Positions 38,498 through 49,285 of a DNA stretch of 64,000 nt are shown in pieces. The translations under genes and the position numbers were made by a program. How positions within the stretch are numbered: position 1 is the first letter of the stretch; every line of letters begins with the position of its first letter. Location of the stretch: NCBI GenBank assembly GCA_964612105.1, contig CAZTEU010000007.1, forward strand, positions 21,008-85,007. Direction: 5' to 3'. The DNA is from an uncultured Gammaproteobacteria bacterium (lineage in GTDB: Bacteria; Patescibacteriota; Patescibacteriia; Magasanikbacterales; UBA922). A model generated the notes under the pieces. That model was not told the origin of the DNA and did not search any database. It saw only the letters and a program-made list of their open reading frames with translations.

Positions 38498-39301
38498 TCA
38501 GCTACGGTTTTTGCCGAAAGTGACGTAAACGAGTGTCCCTTCGCTACTGCTGATTACCCTTCGCCCGGCATGCTTAATCTCGGGCGATGTTTTGACGCGA
38601 CGCTGGCGCTTGGTTTTGGAAGACTTTTTCTCCGGGAAGTGACCTTTGAGGTCCTTCGGTCTTTTCGCGGGGAGTGTGCGATCCCACAGTCGTCTCGCAA
38701 CATCTCGGAGACTTTCTGGGGTTGTGTCTTCCTTTTTCAGGCGGATATGCCGAGCTTCTTCTTCAGCGTCAAGCAGTGTGCGCATGAGCCATTCAGCATC
38801 CAGCCCAAGCTCTCTTGGGTTGTATCTGATAACTCTAGACAGCGCAAATGCACAGATTCTTCCCAAATGGCTGACAGCCAAATGGCGAGTGACTCTGGTG
38901 GAGTCTTCTCTGTTGTGCACATGCATGAGCAGTCTTACGCATCTGGAAAGGCTGTCTTTCCGGAGCCTATGGTCAAGCGCATCGCTTCCTCGGAAGAGGC
39001 ATCGGTATGCGTACCAGTTAAGCTCCGCAAGGAACATGATGAGAGGAACAGGGAGGTCGCCAGGGGGCGTCCTCAGGATCTTTGACTCGATATTACCAAT
39101 CAGGCCACAGGCCAGCATGGTAACTCCGGTCTTGATCTGGTTGTGTTCCGGTATCGGACCAATCAAGATTCTCAACTTGTTGATCATCGATTCCGGATCG
39201 TTTCTCCTTCCCCGTATGCGCCTTATTGCGCATGCATTTGGGGTGGTGTGCACATCTTCCAGGTAGGCAACCACGCCCACCCGAGAGTGTTCGTGGTTCA
39301 T
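38498..39301 (-). CDS. Hypothetical protein (267 aa), G+C-rich, basic C-terminal tail; possible Rx4-6H (HEPN-like) motif, unverified
   Basis: GGAGG lies 5 nt before ATG 39301. TTGACA-N17-TTAAAT on the minus strand (+strand TGTCAA 39350-39355). The overlapping plus-strand ORFs are judged spurious (G+C-rich sequence). Confidence 0.45.
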   Translation of the reverse strand: MNHEHSRVGVVAYLEDVHTTPNACAIRRIRGRRNDPESMINKLRILIGPIPEHNQIKTGVTMLACGLIGNIESKILRTPPGDLPVPLIMFLAELNWYAYRCLFRGSDALDHRLRKDSLSRCVRLLMHVHNREDSTRVTRHLAVSHLGRICAFALSRVIRYNPRELGLDAEWLMRTLLDAEEEARHIRLKKEDTTPESLRDVARRLWDRTLPAKRPKDLKGHFPEKKSSKTKRQRRVKTSPEIKHAGRRVISSSEGTLVYVTFGKNRS

Positions 39302-39412
39302 GATTGCCTCCAGTGATGAACGGTATATTTAAGCACACTTCACAAGCCTTGTCAAGCCCATATGTGTAGGCTATACTATTATCATCAATAAGTACATAAT
39401 TAAACAACATAT

Positions 39413-41911
39413 ATGGCAAAAAACAGCTTAGGGGCACGTGAATCCATGCCACAGCCCGAACCTACAGGCTTGGAGCCTCAAATAGAGCCACAAGAGGTGG
39501 AAATAGAGGCTCAGGAGGGGGTAGAGTCTGCAACAACACCACCACAGACATATACTGAGTTGGACGCTAAAATAGCAGATTTAGCTCAGACTGTAGGTCT
39601 AGAAAAAGCAGATCTTAGTAAACCAGCCAGTGGAATAGAGATACCAGAAGATCATTTGGGGTCAGTAAACGAAGATCTAGTAAAAAATGCAAAAGATTTG
39701 AGGGATTCGACAAACAATAGTATCGCAATACTAATGCTTGGTAAGAAGTCTTTTGCAAAATCAGAAAAAGGAAAAGAGCTCAGTAAAGAAGAGCAAGAGG
39801 CTCTGGCTTTTTATCAGAATAAAGAGGCTGGAGATAGCCAGTTAAAGAATGTTCGTGTAGCAAGAAAAGAAGCACAAAAACTCTTGGATGTTATAGATGC
39901 TTCTCAATATCGCCAAAAAGCAGAAACACCTGTAGTAGAAGATGTACCCACAAAGGAACCTGTGGCTAAAGCACCTGCTACAGAAGTTGAGCCTACTGTT
40001 ATACAAGAAGAGTCAGTCGAGGAAGCCGACGAGGAAACAGCTGATGAAGAATCAGAACCTATACAGGACATTTCCAGAGAAGATGCAAGAGGTGTAGCTT
40101 TGGGACTGTTAGACGAGATTCAAGGATTGCAGACAGAATTAGAAGGAACCAGTAGATTTAGGGTGTTTAAAAGAAGGGCTTTAAATAAAGAAATAGAGAA
40201 TAAATTTGGGGACTTGTCAAAAGTACTTGGTACAGTAGAAGGTGCAGTATTATTAGATAAAAAGAAAACAGAAGGCGACACAAGTCCAGAAGCTGTTGCA
40301 AAAAGTAAACAGGCGGAAGGAATTGTGACATATTTGGCGGATGTGGTAAGTCATATTCAGTCGGATAAAAGTAGAAAAGCAGAAGAATTGCGTGGAGAAC
40401 TAGAGCAGGCATTATCAGATGCGGATGCGTTAGCAATAGAAACTAAAAAAGAAGATTCTGGACAGCAATACTCAGAAGGTGGTGTTGCGGCAGGTAGTAA
40501 AAAGACCCTTAGAACTAAAGGGGATCAGGTGGTAGAGGGTACAACAGACGAGTTCTTCGATAAAGATGTACAAAAAGTACTTAAAAAACAAAGAGGTGAA
40601 GAGGTGGAAGAGGAAGAGGTGACTACTCATACAGACACGAGTGCACAAGAAAAAGCTTATGATGAGTTTGTAGAAAGAGGTAAACCAAAGAAAAAGGCAA
40701 AAAAAGGAAGTAAGAAAAAAACACTTGCCACCGCTGCAGGTGTAGCAGCCGCTAGTTTTGCTGTTGGTGCCGGGGTTGCTAATATGGAAAATGAGGCAGG
40801 TAAAGATGATGCGAAGCCAAAAGCAGAACTTGTGAAAGCCAGCGAAGAAGCTAGTGTTGGTGGAATGAGCATGGAAGTTAAGCCAGGCCAGTCAATAAGA
40901 AGTTCTCGTTTTGATGATTTATTGGGTGGAATGAGTGTAAACATGGACTTTGGTGAAGGTATGACTGTCGCTGACCTTGAGAAATTACCAGAAGAAGATA
41001 AACAGCGTGTTGAGAGTTTTGTTGAAGAGGAAATAAAACATATAGGAGAAGATACAGGTTCAGCTGAACAAGCTCCAGAAGAAGGGCAAGATGGATTGAC
41101 AGGAGAATATAATGAAAAGAGGGCTCAATTAATTGTGCTCATGTCCATTCTTCACGGATATGAATCAGAAAAAGTAGGAGACAAGATTGATTATAAAGTT
41201 GAGGAGAAGAAGCAGAATCTTCAAGATAGGATAGAAAAGTTAGAAGAAGAGCTTGCTTTGTTGGATTCTCAGATGTCCAGATTTAGTCCAGAGATGGTTT
41301 CAGTTGAGGAGCAGGAGGCAGAAAAAGAAAGAGTTCTAAAAGTAGCTCTAGCAGAATATGATGAAGCTGGAACAGAAGCACTAGATGTTGCAGATGAGGC
41401 TACTGAGCGTATGGATGCACAAGACGCAGAAAACCTAAAAATACATGGCCAAAAAATGTTAGAACTTAGAGTGAAACACGATGCAGATGTTAGAAGAATT
41501 GCTAAAGGAATAATGGCAAAACCAGAGTTTAAGAAGAGATATGAAGATCAGAGAGTAAAAGCTATGAAATTGGGCGAGCAAGCTAGACAAGCTGACAAGG
41601 CTTTTGATGAAGAAGGATTGTCAGATGAAGAAAAAGCAAAGAGGAAAGAAAAGAAAATGAAACTATACGCAGAGTTTTTCATAGCTTCCAAGCTGTTGGA
41701 TGGAATGGAAGAAGATGCTCGTGCAAAAGCAGAGAGTGAATTAGCTAGCGACTATGCTGCACAGCAAGGAGATATAGATAGAGTATACGGAGGCGCTTTA
41801 CCTATTCCAGGAACAGATCTACATGCTGTTGTAGACAAAAGCCCGAAAGATCGTAAGAAAGCCACAAAATACGTTGCTAAGAAAGGTGGTGGTGTTGAAA
41901 AGGTTCAGTAG
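39413..41911 (+). CDS. Large acidic Glu/Lys/Ala-rich coiled-coil protein with one central hydrophobic segment
   Basis: 832 aa. Low complexity. TLATAAGVAAASFAVGAGVA segment near aa 440. Confidence 0.4.
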   Translation: MAKNSLGARESMPQPEPTGLEPQIEPQEVEIEAQEGVESATTPPQTYTELDAKIADLAQTVGLEKADLSKPASGIEIPEDHLGSVNEDLVKNAKDLRDSTNNSIAILMLGKKSFAKSEKGKELSKEEQEALAFYQNKEAGDSQLKNVRVARKEAQKLLDVIDASQYRQKAETPVVEDVPTKEPVAKAPATEVEPTVIQEESVEEADEETADEESEPIQDISREDARGVALGLLDEIQGLQTELEGTSRFRVFKRRALNKEIENKFGDLSKVLGTVEGAVLLDKKKTEGDTSPEAVAKSKQAEGIVTYLADVVSHIQSDKSRKAEELRGELEQALSDADALAIETKKEDSGQQYSEGGVAAGSKKTLRTKGDQVVEGTTDEFFDKDVQKVLKKQRGEEVEEEEVTTHTDTSAQEKAYDEFVERGKPKKKAKKGSKKKTLATAAGVAAASFAVGAGVANMENEAGKDDAKPKAELVKASEEASVGGMSMEVKPGQSIRSSRFDDLLGGMSVNMDFGEGMTVADLEKLPEEDKQRVESFVEEEIKHIGEDTGSAEQAPEEGQDGLTGEYNEKRAQLIVLMSILHGYESEKVGDKIDYKVEEKKQNLQDRIEKLEEELALLDSQMSRFSPEMVSVEEQEAEKERVLKVALAEYDEAGTEALDVADEATERMDAQDAENLKIHGQKMLELRVKHDADVRRIAKGIMAKPEFKKRYEDQRVKAMKLGEQARQADKAFDEEGLSDEEKAKRKEKKMKLYAEFFIASKLLDGMEEDARAKAESELASDYAAQQGDIDRVYGGALPIPGTDLHAVVDKSPKDRKKATKYVAKKGGGVEKVQ

Positions 41912-41924
41912 ATATAATTGCCTC

Positions 41925-41953
41925 TTGACAGATGTCCACAATCCATGTAGAAT
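41925..41953 (+). promoter_or_regulatory. Promoter of the rpsB-tsf operon
   Basis: TTGACA (41925-41930), 17-nt spacer, TAGAAT (41948-41953). A structured leader of about 90 nt follows. Confidence 0.5.
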
Positions 41954-42043
41954 GTGGGCATCTTTATTTATCCCTCATTTTCGCCATTTTTTCCTCTTCG
42001 TGACCACTCACGAGGCTAGCGGAAAGAGGTTAAAGGAAAAACT

Positions 42044-42787
42044 ATGAATATTCCAAGTATAGAAGAGATGCTCAAGGCCGGAGTGCATTTTGGGCATTCA
42101 ACTTCTCGTTGGCATCCAAAAATGGAGCCATATATTTTTACAGAACGCCAAGGTGTTCATGTTATAGACCTGGAGAAAGCCAGGGTAGTGATGCAAAAGA
42201 CTCTTGATATCGTCAAGAAGAAAGCGTCAGAAGGTAAGGTTATTGTGTTTGTGACTACAAAACCACAAGCAAGAGAAGTTGTTAAATCAGCCGCAATAGA
42301 ATGTGGTATGCCATATCTTACAGATCGTTGGATTGGTGGTTTCTTAACTAACTTTACAGAGATTAAGAAGCTTATTGACTCTTACGTAGACATGAAAGAA
42401 AAGCAAGCGTCTGGAGAGTTAGAGAAATACACAAAGAAAGAGCAATTGGAAATTAAAAAAGATTTAGAAAAGAAAGATGCATCATTAGGTGGTCTTGCAA
42501 GTATCACAGAGATGCCGGACATGCTGTTCCTACCAGCTTTGCAAAACGAAAAAACAGCAGTAACAGAAGCAAATAGGACAGGTGTTGAGATCATTGGAGT
42601 AGCTGATACAAATGCAAATCCAGACAAAGCAAACTATATTATTCCTGCAAATGATGATGCAGTGAAATCTATTAAAATGATTGTAGAACTCGTTGCGGAA
42701 GCTGTAAAAGAAGGACGCAAAGAGTTTGAAAAAAATAAAGCTGTTGCAGAATCAAAGGAACAAAAAGCTCCTATAGCAACAGCATAA
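42044..42787 (+). CDS. rpsB: 30S ribosomal protein S2
   Basis: MLKAGVHFGHSTSRWHPKM signature. Confidence 0.95.
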   Translation: MNIPSIEEMLKAGVHFGHSTSRWHPKMEPYIFTERQGVHVIDLEKARVVMQKTLDIVKKKASEGKVIVFVTTKPQAREVVKSAAIECGMPYLTDRWIGGFLTNFTEIKKLIDSYVDMKEKQASGELEKYTKKEQLEIKKDLEKKDASLGGLASITEMPDMLFLPALQNEKTAVTEANRTGVEIIGVADTNANPDKANYIIPANDDAVKSIKMIVELVAEAVKEGRKEFEKNKAVAESKEQKAPIATA

Positions 42788-42837
42788 TTACATTTATACC
42801 ATTCTTTGGTATACTGTAAGACAAATAAAATAAAAAT

Positions 42838-43482
42838 ATGGGAATTAATACTTCAGATATAGCAAAACTGCGTGAAACAACAGGCGCAGGCATGCTTGAT
42901 TGTAAAAAAGCCTTAGACGAAGCTAATGGAGACTTCGACAAAGCAATAGAAATCTTACGTAAAAAGGGAATCGCAAAAGCCGCTAAACGTGCAGGTAAAG
43001 TTGCTGCGGAAGGTATAGTAGTAAGCTATCTTCATGGTAAAAAAATTGGAGTTCTTGTTGAGGTAAACTCAGAGACAGATTTCGTTGCAAAGAACGAACA
43101 TTTTGTAAGTCTGGCAAACGATATTGCAATGCACATTGCAGCGTCTGCACCAGCTTATGTTTCTCGTGATGAGGTGCCAGAAGAAGAAATAGCAAAAGAA
43201 AAAGATGTTCACAGTGAACAGCTGAAAAATGAAGGAAAGCCAGTAGAAATGATTGAGAAAATTGTGGAAGGAAAAATGAATAAATTCTATAGTGAAGTTT
43301 GTTTGTTAGAACAGTCTTATGTAAAAGATGAAGATAAAACAATCGAACAGCTACTTACAGAAAAAACAGCAGAAATAGGTGAAAAAATCACTATCCGCAG
43401 GTTTGCAAGATTTGTTGTGGGAGAAGGAATAGAGAAAGAAAATAAGAATTTTGCGGAAGAAGTAGCAGAACAGATCTCATAA
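42838..43482 (+). CDS. tsf: Elongation factor Ts (short form)
   Basis: LRETTGAGMLDCKKAL UBA-like N-terminus, and the AAEGIVVSY...VEVNSETDFVAKNE core. Confidence 0.9.
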   Translation: MGINTSDIAKLRETTGAGMLDCKKALDEANGDFDKAIEILRKKGIAKAAKRAGKVAAEGIVVSYLHGKKIGVLVEVNSETDFVAKNEHFVSLANDIAMHIAASAPAYVSRDEVPEEEIAKEKDVHSEQLKNEGKPVEMIEKIVEGKMNKFYSEVCLLEQSYVKDEDKTIEQLLTEKTAEIGEKITIRRFARFVVGEGIEKENKNFAEEVAEQIS

Positions 43483-43498
43483 GAAAAAAATGTGTATA

Positions 43499-43526
43499 AA
43501 AAGCCCGACTTTGTCGGGTTTTTTTG
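43499..43526 (+). terminator. Rho-independent terminator
   Basis: CCCGAC-ttt-GTCGGG followed by TTTTTTT. Confidence 0.7.
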
Positions 43527-43549
43527 ATATAATATAAAGTACAACACGT

Positions 43550-46500
43550 ATGAAGCGAATCATAAACTATAGTAAATGGTTGGCCTTTTTTTCCATCCTA
43601 CTTTTTATTAGCGTATGGTATTTTAGTGTTGGATTTGGAGAATTTTTTGCAGGGGAAAGTCAGGCAGCTGCGAACAATTGGGTTGGTGGTGCAACAGGAG
43701 ATTGGAACGATGCAGATAATTGGAGTGGGGGTATTCCAGACACATCCGACCAGGTTGCTGTGACTGCAACTTCAACCAGCATATTGATAACAGTGCAGTC
43801 GGGTCAGACTGCCAGTTTTGATACTTTCACAATGACAGGGGTATCTGCAAGTGATTATTTTGTTACCACAACTCTTATTGGAAATATAGGCACAGGTGCT
43901 TCTATAACAGTTGGAGATGCGGCATACCTAAACCAAGAAAACACAGCTACTCAGACACTGACAGGCACCCTCACAGTGAACAGTGGTGGTACTGTTACAC
44001 ACACAGACAATACAACATCACAGGCATATGAGGTGGATATGGCTGCTGCCACAATTACAATTAATTCTGGTGGTTTTGTTACTGCTAGCTCGACTGGTTT
44101 TACTGGTGGTGCATCTGGTTTTGATGGTAATGGTACTGGACCTGGTCTGTTAGACAGTAATGGTGGGCAGTCTTCTGGTTCTGGTGGTGGACACGGAGGT
44201 CGTGGTGGAGACGGTGATCACCAAATTCCAATAACAGACGCAAATGATCTTCTTGGTGGTTCTGCTTATTGTACAGCAGCAAATCCAAGCACTATGGGTT
44301 CTGGTGGTGGAGGTGGTACGAATGCCAATGAGTCTGGTGGAGATGGAGGAGGGTATATAAAACTAGACGCATCTGGGTCTCTTACAATTGCAGGTAGTGT
44401 AACTGCAGATGGTGGATATGGTGCATCCGGAGCAAGTGACCGTGATGCTGGTGGGGGAGCTGGTGGAGGTATTTACTTGGAAGGAACAACTGTTACAATT
44501 GATAGTTCCACAATTAGGGCAGATGGTGGGCATGGTGGTGGAGGAGTTACTGGAGGTGGTGGAGCCGGTGGTGGTGGTTGTATTTTTATTTCTTACAGCA
44601 CCATTTCTGACACTGGTGCGGTAACAAGTACAGATGCTGGAATAGGGCAAACTGTAGCAGGAACACCAGCAGGGGCGGGAACATGGACTCTTTCATCACA
44701 AAATACTGCTTCTACGCTAATTGCTCCTTATGCTCCTATACAGATAAAAGATGGAAGTGGGTATGTGACTGTTACAACAACAATCACAGATACAAATGGT
44801 GATACAGTTACTCTTTATGTTGATTTTACAGATGATGGAGGTGCGACATGGAGTTCCTCCACAATAGCAACAATTACCCAAGATGATGGTTCCGCAACAA
44901 CCTCTACAGGTCAGATTGGAACAATTACTAGTACATCAGATGGAAATGCGCTTAGTTTTACAATAGATTTAGAAACAGCTTGGGTTACAAGTACACAAGC
45001 ATCTGTAAGACTTATTGCAAATGATGGAACAGTAGATAGTACAAACGTAACTTCTACAGGTTTTATTGTCGATACTATTGAACCTAGCAAGCCTGCCAAC
45101 CTTTTCCTAAACACAACTTCTACGTTATCCGTAATATTTAATTTTGGGGCAACATCGACAGATGATAACTTCAAAGAATACAAGATTTTCTATAAGGCAG
45201 GCTCTTCTGGTGTTACAGAATCAGATTCTGCACACACAAGTAGTACAGACTCTAACTTTGGTGATGATACTTTTAATGCTGTTACAACATCGTCTCTTTC
45301 TGGTCTTACTGCTAATACACAGTATGTAGCAAATTTGTATGCTTATGATGAGTATGGTTTTAGTACAACCTCTGCAAGTGAGTTCGCTTTCTATACGATG
45401 GCGAATACACCAACAGCAACAAGTACTGGTGCATACCATGAAATGACAGTTAATTGGTCTGGAGATGGAACAAATTATTATATTACTCTTGGAGATGCGA
45501 CTTCTGGAGTTACCACTGCTAGGACATATCAGTTTACAGGTTTGGAGTGTAATACAAGCTATACAGCCAATGTTGTTGCAAGAAACGGAGACACAGTTTC
45601 TACAACAGCTGCGACAACTAATGTTACAACTCAGAGTTGTGCAGGTGGGGGAGGGGGACAGTCTGCAGCAAAGAAAACGTTGTTAGACCCAGATGCAGAC
45701 AGTGTGGACAGTGCAGATGATAACTGTCCAGATGTGTCTAACACAAACCAGAATGATGCAGACAACGATGGTGTGGGTGATGCTTGTGAAGTAGATACAG
45801 ACGGTGATGGAATTATAGACGATAACGATAATTGTAAGAACACAAAGAATCCAGATCAGAAAGATGAAAATAATAATGATATTGGGGATGCTTGCGAAAT
45901 GGATACAGACAGTGATGGAGTATTTGATTATGAGGACAACTGTAAGGAGGTAAAAAATACAGATCAGAAAGATGCAGATAAGGATAAGATAGGAGACTTA
46001 TGTGAGATGGACACAGATGGTGACGGAATAATCGACGATAACGATAATTGTAAAAACAAAAGTAATGCAGACCAGAAAGACACAGATAATGACGGTCTTG
46101 GGGATGCATGTGATGAGGTAGTAATAGAAGACAAAGAGGATATAATTCCCGAGGAAAAACCAGAAGAAAAGCCGGAGGAAAAACCAGAAGAGAAACCCAA
46201 GGTTGAGGAGAAAAAAGAAGAAAAAAAACCTGTAAAAGAAAAGGTAATAAATAAAACAGAACCAAAAACTGAAAAAGTAGAAGAAGATGCAAGTATTCTC
46301 ATTAAGAAAGAAGGCTCTCCTGTTTCTATTACAAATAGTCCGCTTGTAGATATTGCACTGGATACAAAATATTCACGCGTAACACTCCAGGACAATTTTG
46401 GAAATGTTGTGGAGAATATTCCGGTAACTGCAGAGATGCCTTGGGAGTTTGACAGTGAAGAAGGTAAGAAGTGTATTACAGCAACCTTCTTTGATAACAG

Positions 46501-48283
46501 AGGGAGAGTTGCAAAACAAAAAGTAAGCTGTTTCATTTTGGATACAACACCACCTCCTGCACCTGAGGTAAAGGTTAAGACTAAAGTGGTGGTAGAAGAA
46601 GTAGAAACCGGACAACAAATTACAGTTAGAGGAAAAACAGAGCCTAATGCTGTAATAATTGTGAGTGCTATAAGGACAGGTGATATACCCCTAGAGGAAA
46701 TTACAGCTTCAATGAATTTGTTTAAAGCATTCGTTGTAAATGCTGCCGATGGCACCTATACAACCAAGGCAGACGAAAAGGGTAATTGGTCGTTTACATT
46801 CCCTAAAATCTTTGATCTTGGAAGATATGTTATTACAGCACAGGCCCAGGATGAGGCAGGCAATATTTCAGAACCTGCAAATGTTAATATAACTGTGGGT
46901 ACAGGCAATATATTCCAAAAATCATTTGCAGTATTAGGTGAATTTATTAATAATCCAGAAGTGGAAAGGGTGAACCAGGTATATGTTGCTCCAGCAGTTG
47001 TTATAGTTGGTGGAGTTAATATAGTTGCTACAGGTTTTCAGCTTCCGCAAATATTTGTTTTCTTGAAGTTCCTGTTCTTACAACCAATCCTTTTCTTTAG
47101 AAGGAGAAAACATAAAACTTGGGGAACAGTATACAATGGTTTTACTAAAGAACCTTTAGACCTTGCAAGTGTCCGTTTTATAGATGCAGGTTCTGGTGCT
47201 GTAAGGCGTTCGCAGGTTACAGATGCACAAGGCAGATATTTCCTAATGGGAAAGCCTGGTAAGTATCGTATTGAGGTAGATAAAGTTGGTTTTGGTAAAA
47301 TTAGCGAACACCTAAAGGGAATAGAAGTGGATGGTCAATATACGAGAATATATCATGGTGATGATTTAGATATAACACATGACAACACAGAGATTAATTA
47401 CTCTGTTCCAGTAGATCCAGAAGGAAAAGAAGAGCCTGCTGTGCAACTAATAAGAGAAAGTTTTATTCGTGCAGGACAGCACATAATAAGTCTTATCGGA
47501 CTAGGAGCCACGGGTATTTCATTTATAGTTTCTCCAACTCCAATGATTGGGGGCTTCCTTGTCCTACATGTTGGTTTTTATGCTATTTCTCATAAGTTTT
47601 CAAAAACAAAAATATCAGATACGTTTGGGGTTGTTACAGACAACAAGAGCGGAGATGCTATAAAAAATATTGTTGTTCGTGTGTTCGACAATGCATACCA
47701 CAAGCTCATAGAAACAAAGCTAACAGATGCAAAAGGACGATACGCAATGTTAGTTGGTCCAAGTGAATATTATGTTACCTACGAAAAACCTGGGTATAAG
47801 AAAAAACAGAGTAAAGTAATGGACTTTGTAAAAGATGGGGGAGGTATGATTGCTCGTGATGAAACAATGGTAGAAGGAGGGTATCTTTCAGAAAAAGAAA
47901 AACTTCAATTTGAAAAAGAAAAAGCAGAAGCCAGTGCTGTTGCCTCAGAACAAACCAGTAAACGCAAGGAAGAAGGAGAGGCGGGAGAAGCTATGGGAGA
48001 ACATGTAGATCCAGAGCAGGTTATTTCACAGTGGAAAAAAGACCATGGACTAGATAGTGACAATGGGGTACAATCCACACAGAGGAAGAAGGTTACAACA
48101 AAAAAGAAGGTAAAACCAGCAAAAAAAGTAGTTAAAAAAGCCAGTAAAGTAGAGAAAAAGGAGATTGTGGAGCCAAAAGAAGAAACAAAGCCAGTTATGG
48201 ATGAGCCTAAGGAAGAGAAAAAGGGAGTTACAGATGAAGATTTAGATAATTTTATTAATAGTATTAAAGACATTGTATTATGA
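43550..48283 (+). CDS. Giant cell-surface protein (1577 aa): signal/TM, Gly-rich beta-helix-like repeats, FN3-like region, thrombospondin type-3-like Ca-binding repeats, PEEKP repeats, Ig-like and carboxypeptidase-regulatory-like domains, internal TM, Lys-rich tail
   Basis: DNDGVGDACEVDTDGDGIIDDNDNC repeated four times. GGGHGGRGGDGD region. GRYFLMGKPGKYRIEV and GRYAMLVGPSEYYVTYEKPGY motifs. Confidence 0.6.
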   Translation: MKRIINYSKWLAFFSILLFISVWYFSVGFGEFFAGESQAAANNWVGGATGDWNDADNWSGGIPDTSDQVAVTATSTSILITVQSGQTASFDTFTMTGVSASDYFVTTTLIGNIGTGASITVGDAAYLNQENTATQTLTGTLTVNSGGTVTHTDNTTSQAYEVDMAAATITINSGGFVTASSTGFTGGASGFDGNGTGPGLLDSNGGQSSGSGGGHGGRGGDGDHQIPITDANDLLGGSAYCTAANPSTMGSGGGGGTNANESGGDGGGYIKLDASGSLTIAGSVTADGGYGASGASDRDAGGGAGGGIYLEGTTVTIDSSTIRADGGHGGGGVTGGGGAGGGGCIFISYSTISDTGAVTSTDAGIGQTVAGTPAGAGTWTLSSQNTASTLIAPYAPIQIKDGSGYVTVTTTITDTNGDTVTLYVDFTDDGGATWSSSTIATITQDDGSATTSTGQIGTITSTSDGNALSFTIDLETAWVTSTQASVRLIANDGTVDSTNVTSTGFIVDTIEPSKPANLFLNTTSTLSVIFNFGATSTDDNFKEYKIFYKAGSSGVTESDSAHTSSTDSNFGDDTFNAVTTSSLSGLTANTQYVANLYAYDEYGFSTTSASEFAFYTMANTPTATSTGAYHEMTVNWSGDGTNYYITLGDATSGVTTARTYQFTGLECNTSYTANVVARNGDTVSTTAATTNVTTQSCAGGGGGQSAAKKTLLDPDADSVDSADDNCPDVSNTNQNDADNDGVGDACEVDTDGDGIIDDNDNCKNTKNPDQKDENNNDIGDACEMDTDSDGVFDYEDNCKEVKNTDQKDADKDKIGDLCEMDTDGDGIIDDNDNCKNKSNADQKDTDNDGLGDACDEVVIEDKEDIIPEEKPEEKPEEKPEEKPKVEEKKEEKKPVKEKVINKTEPKTEKVEEDASILIKKEGSPVSITNSPLVDIALDTKYSRVTLQDNFGNVVENIPVTAEMPWEFDSEEGKKCITATFFDNRGRVAKQKVSCFILDTTPPPAPEVKVKTKVVVEEVETGQQITVRGKTEPNAVIIVSAIRTGDIPLEEITASMNLFKAFVVNAADGTYTTKADEKGNWSFTFPKIFDLGRYVITAQAQDEAGNISEPANVNITVGTGNIFQKSFAVLGEFINNPEVERVNQVYVAPAVVIVGGVNIVATGFQLPQIFVFLKFLFLQPILFFRRRKHKTWGTVYNGFTKEPLDLASVRFIDAGSGAVRRSQVTDAQGRYFLMGKPGKYRIEVDKVGFGKISEHLKGIEVDGQYTRIYHGDDLDITHDNTEINYSVPVDPEGKEEPAVQLIRESFIRAGQHIISLIGLGATGISFIVSPTPMIGGFLVLHVGFYAISHKFSKTKISDTFGVVTDNKSGDAIKNIVVRVFDNAYHKLIETKLTDAKGRYAMLVGPSEYYVTYEKPGYKKKQSKVMDFVKDGGGMIARDETMVEGGYLSEKEKLQFEKEKAEASAVASEQTSKRKEEGEAGEAMGEHVDPEQVISQWKKDHGLDSDNGVQSTQRKKVTTKKKVKPAKKVVKKASKVEKKEIVEPKEETKPVMDEPKEEKKGVTDEDLDNFINSIKDIVL

Positions 48284-49284
48284 GTACCATACGAGTAGCT
48301 ATAAATGGCTTTGGGAGGATTGGACGCCATGCTTTTAAAGTGGCGCAGGACAACAAAGATATAGAAGTTGTTGCAATAAATGATCTAACAGATAATAAGA
48401 CTTTGTCACATTTGTTGAAATATGACACAGCGTATCCAGATTTTGCAAAGTCTGTAAGTCATGATGAGAAAAATATTATTGTAGACGGAAAGAAAATTCC
48501 CGCATTTGCAGAAAAAGATCCTTCTAAACTACCTTGGAAAAACCTAAAAGTAGACATTGTGTTGGAGTGCACAGGTGTTTTTCGTACAAAAGAAAAAGCA
48601 GGTTCTCATATAACTGCTGGGGCTAAGAAGGTTATACTATCTGCTCCTGGGAAGGGAGAAGGGGTGCAATCATACGTAAGAGGTGTGAATTGTGAATCAT
48701 ATGATGGTGCAGATATTATAGACAACGCCTCTTGTACAACAAACTGCACAGCTCCGGTTATGGATGTTATGGTAAAAGAGTTTGGTGTAGAAAAAGGAAT
48801 ATTAACAACAATCCATGCGTATACGTCAGACCAGAGGTTGCAGGATTCACCACACAAGGATTTGAGACGTGCAAGAGCTGCAGCGCAAAATATGGTTCCA
48901 ACAACAACAGGCGCTGCAATAGCTACAACAAAAACAATTCCTGAGCTAGATGGTAAGTTTGATGGAATAGCTATTCGTGTACCGACCATTACAGTTTCTC
49001 TTGTTGATTTCTCTATTCTCCTTTCTAAAGACACAACCCCAGAAGAGGTAAATAAGGCATTAACAAAAGCTTCTAAGTCCAACCTAAAAGGAATACTACA
49101 TGTTTCAGATGAACCTCTGGTGTCTAGTGATTATATTGGAAATCCATATTCCTCAGTTGTAGACGCAGAATTTACAAAAGTTGTAGGAGGTAACCTTGTA
49201 AAAATACTTTCTTGGTACGATAACGAGTGGGCGTATGCAACACGGTTAGTAGAAATGGTAGGTATTGTTGGAAAGACTTTATAA
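48280..49284 (+). CDS. gap: Glyceraldehyde-3-phosphate dehydrogenase (copy 2)
   Basis: INGFGRIGR, ASCTTNCTAP. Confidence 0.95.
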   Translation: MSTIRVAINGFGRIGRHAFKVAQDNKDIEVVAINDLTDNKTLSHLLKYDTAYPDFAKSVSHDEKNIIVDGKKIPAFAEKDPSKLPWKNLKVDIVLECTGVFRTKEKAGSHITAGAKKVILSAPGKGEGVQSYVRGVNCESYDGADIIDNASCTTNCTAPVMDVMVKEFGVEKGILTTIHAYTSDQRLQDSPHKDLRRARAAAQNMVPTTTGAAIATTKTIPELDGKFDGIAIRVPTITVSLVDFSILLSKDTTPEEVNKALTKASKSNLKGILHVSDEPLVSSDYIGNPYSSVVDAEFTKVVGGNLVKILSWYDNEWAYATRLVEMVGIVGKTL

Positions 49285-49285
49285 T

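Noticed and set aside
45631-46755. Minus-strand ORFs (70-263 aa) antisense to the 1577-aa gene
   Set aside because: Ser/Phe/Leu-rich low-complexity antisense of the PEEKP/TSP3 repeat region. The sense strand encodes recognisable domains.
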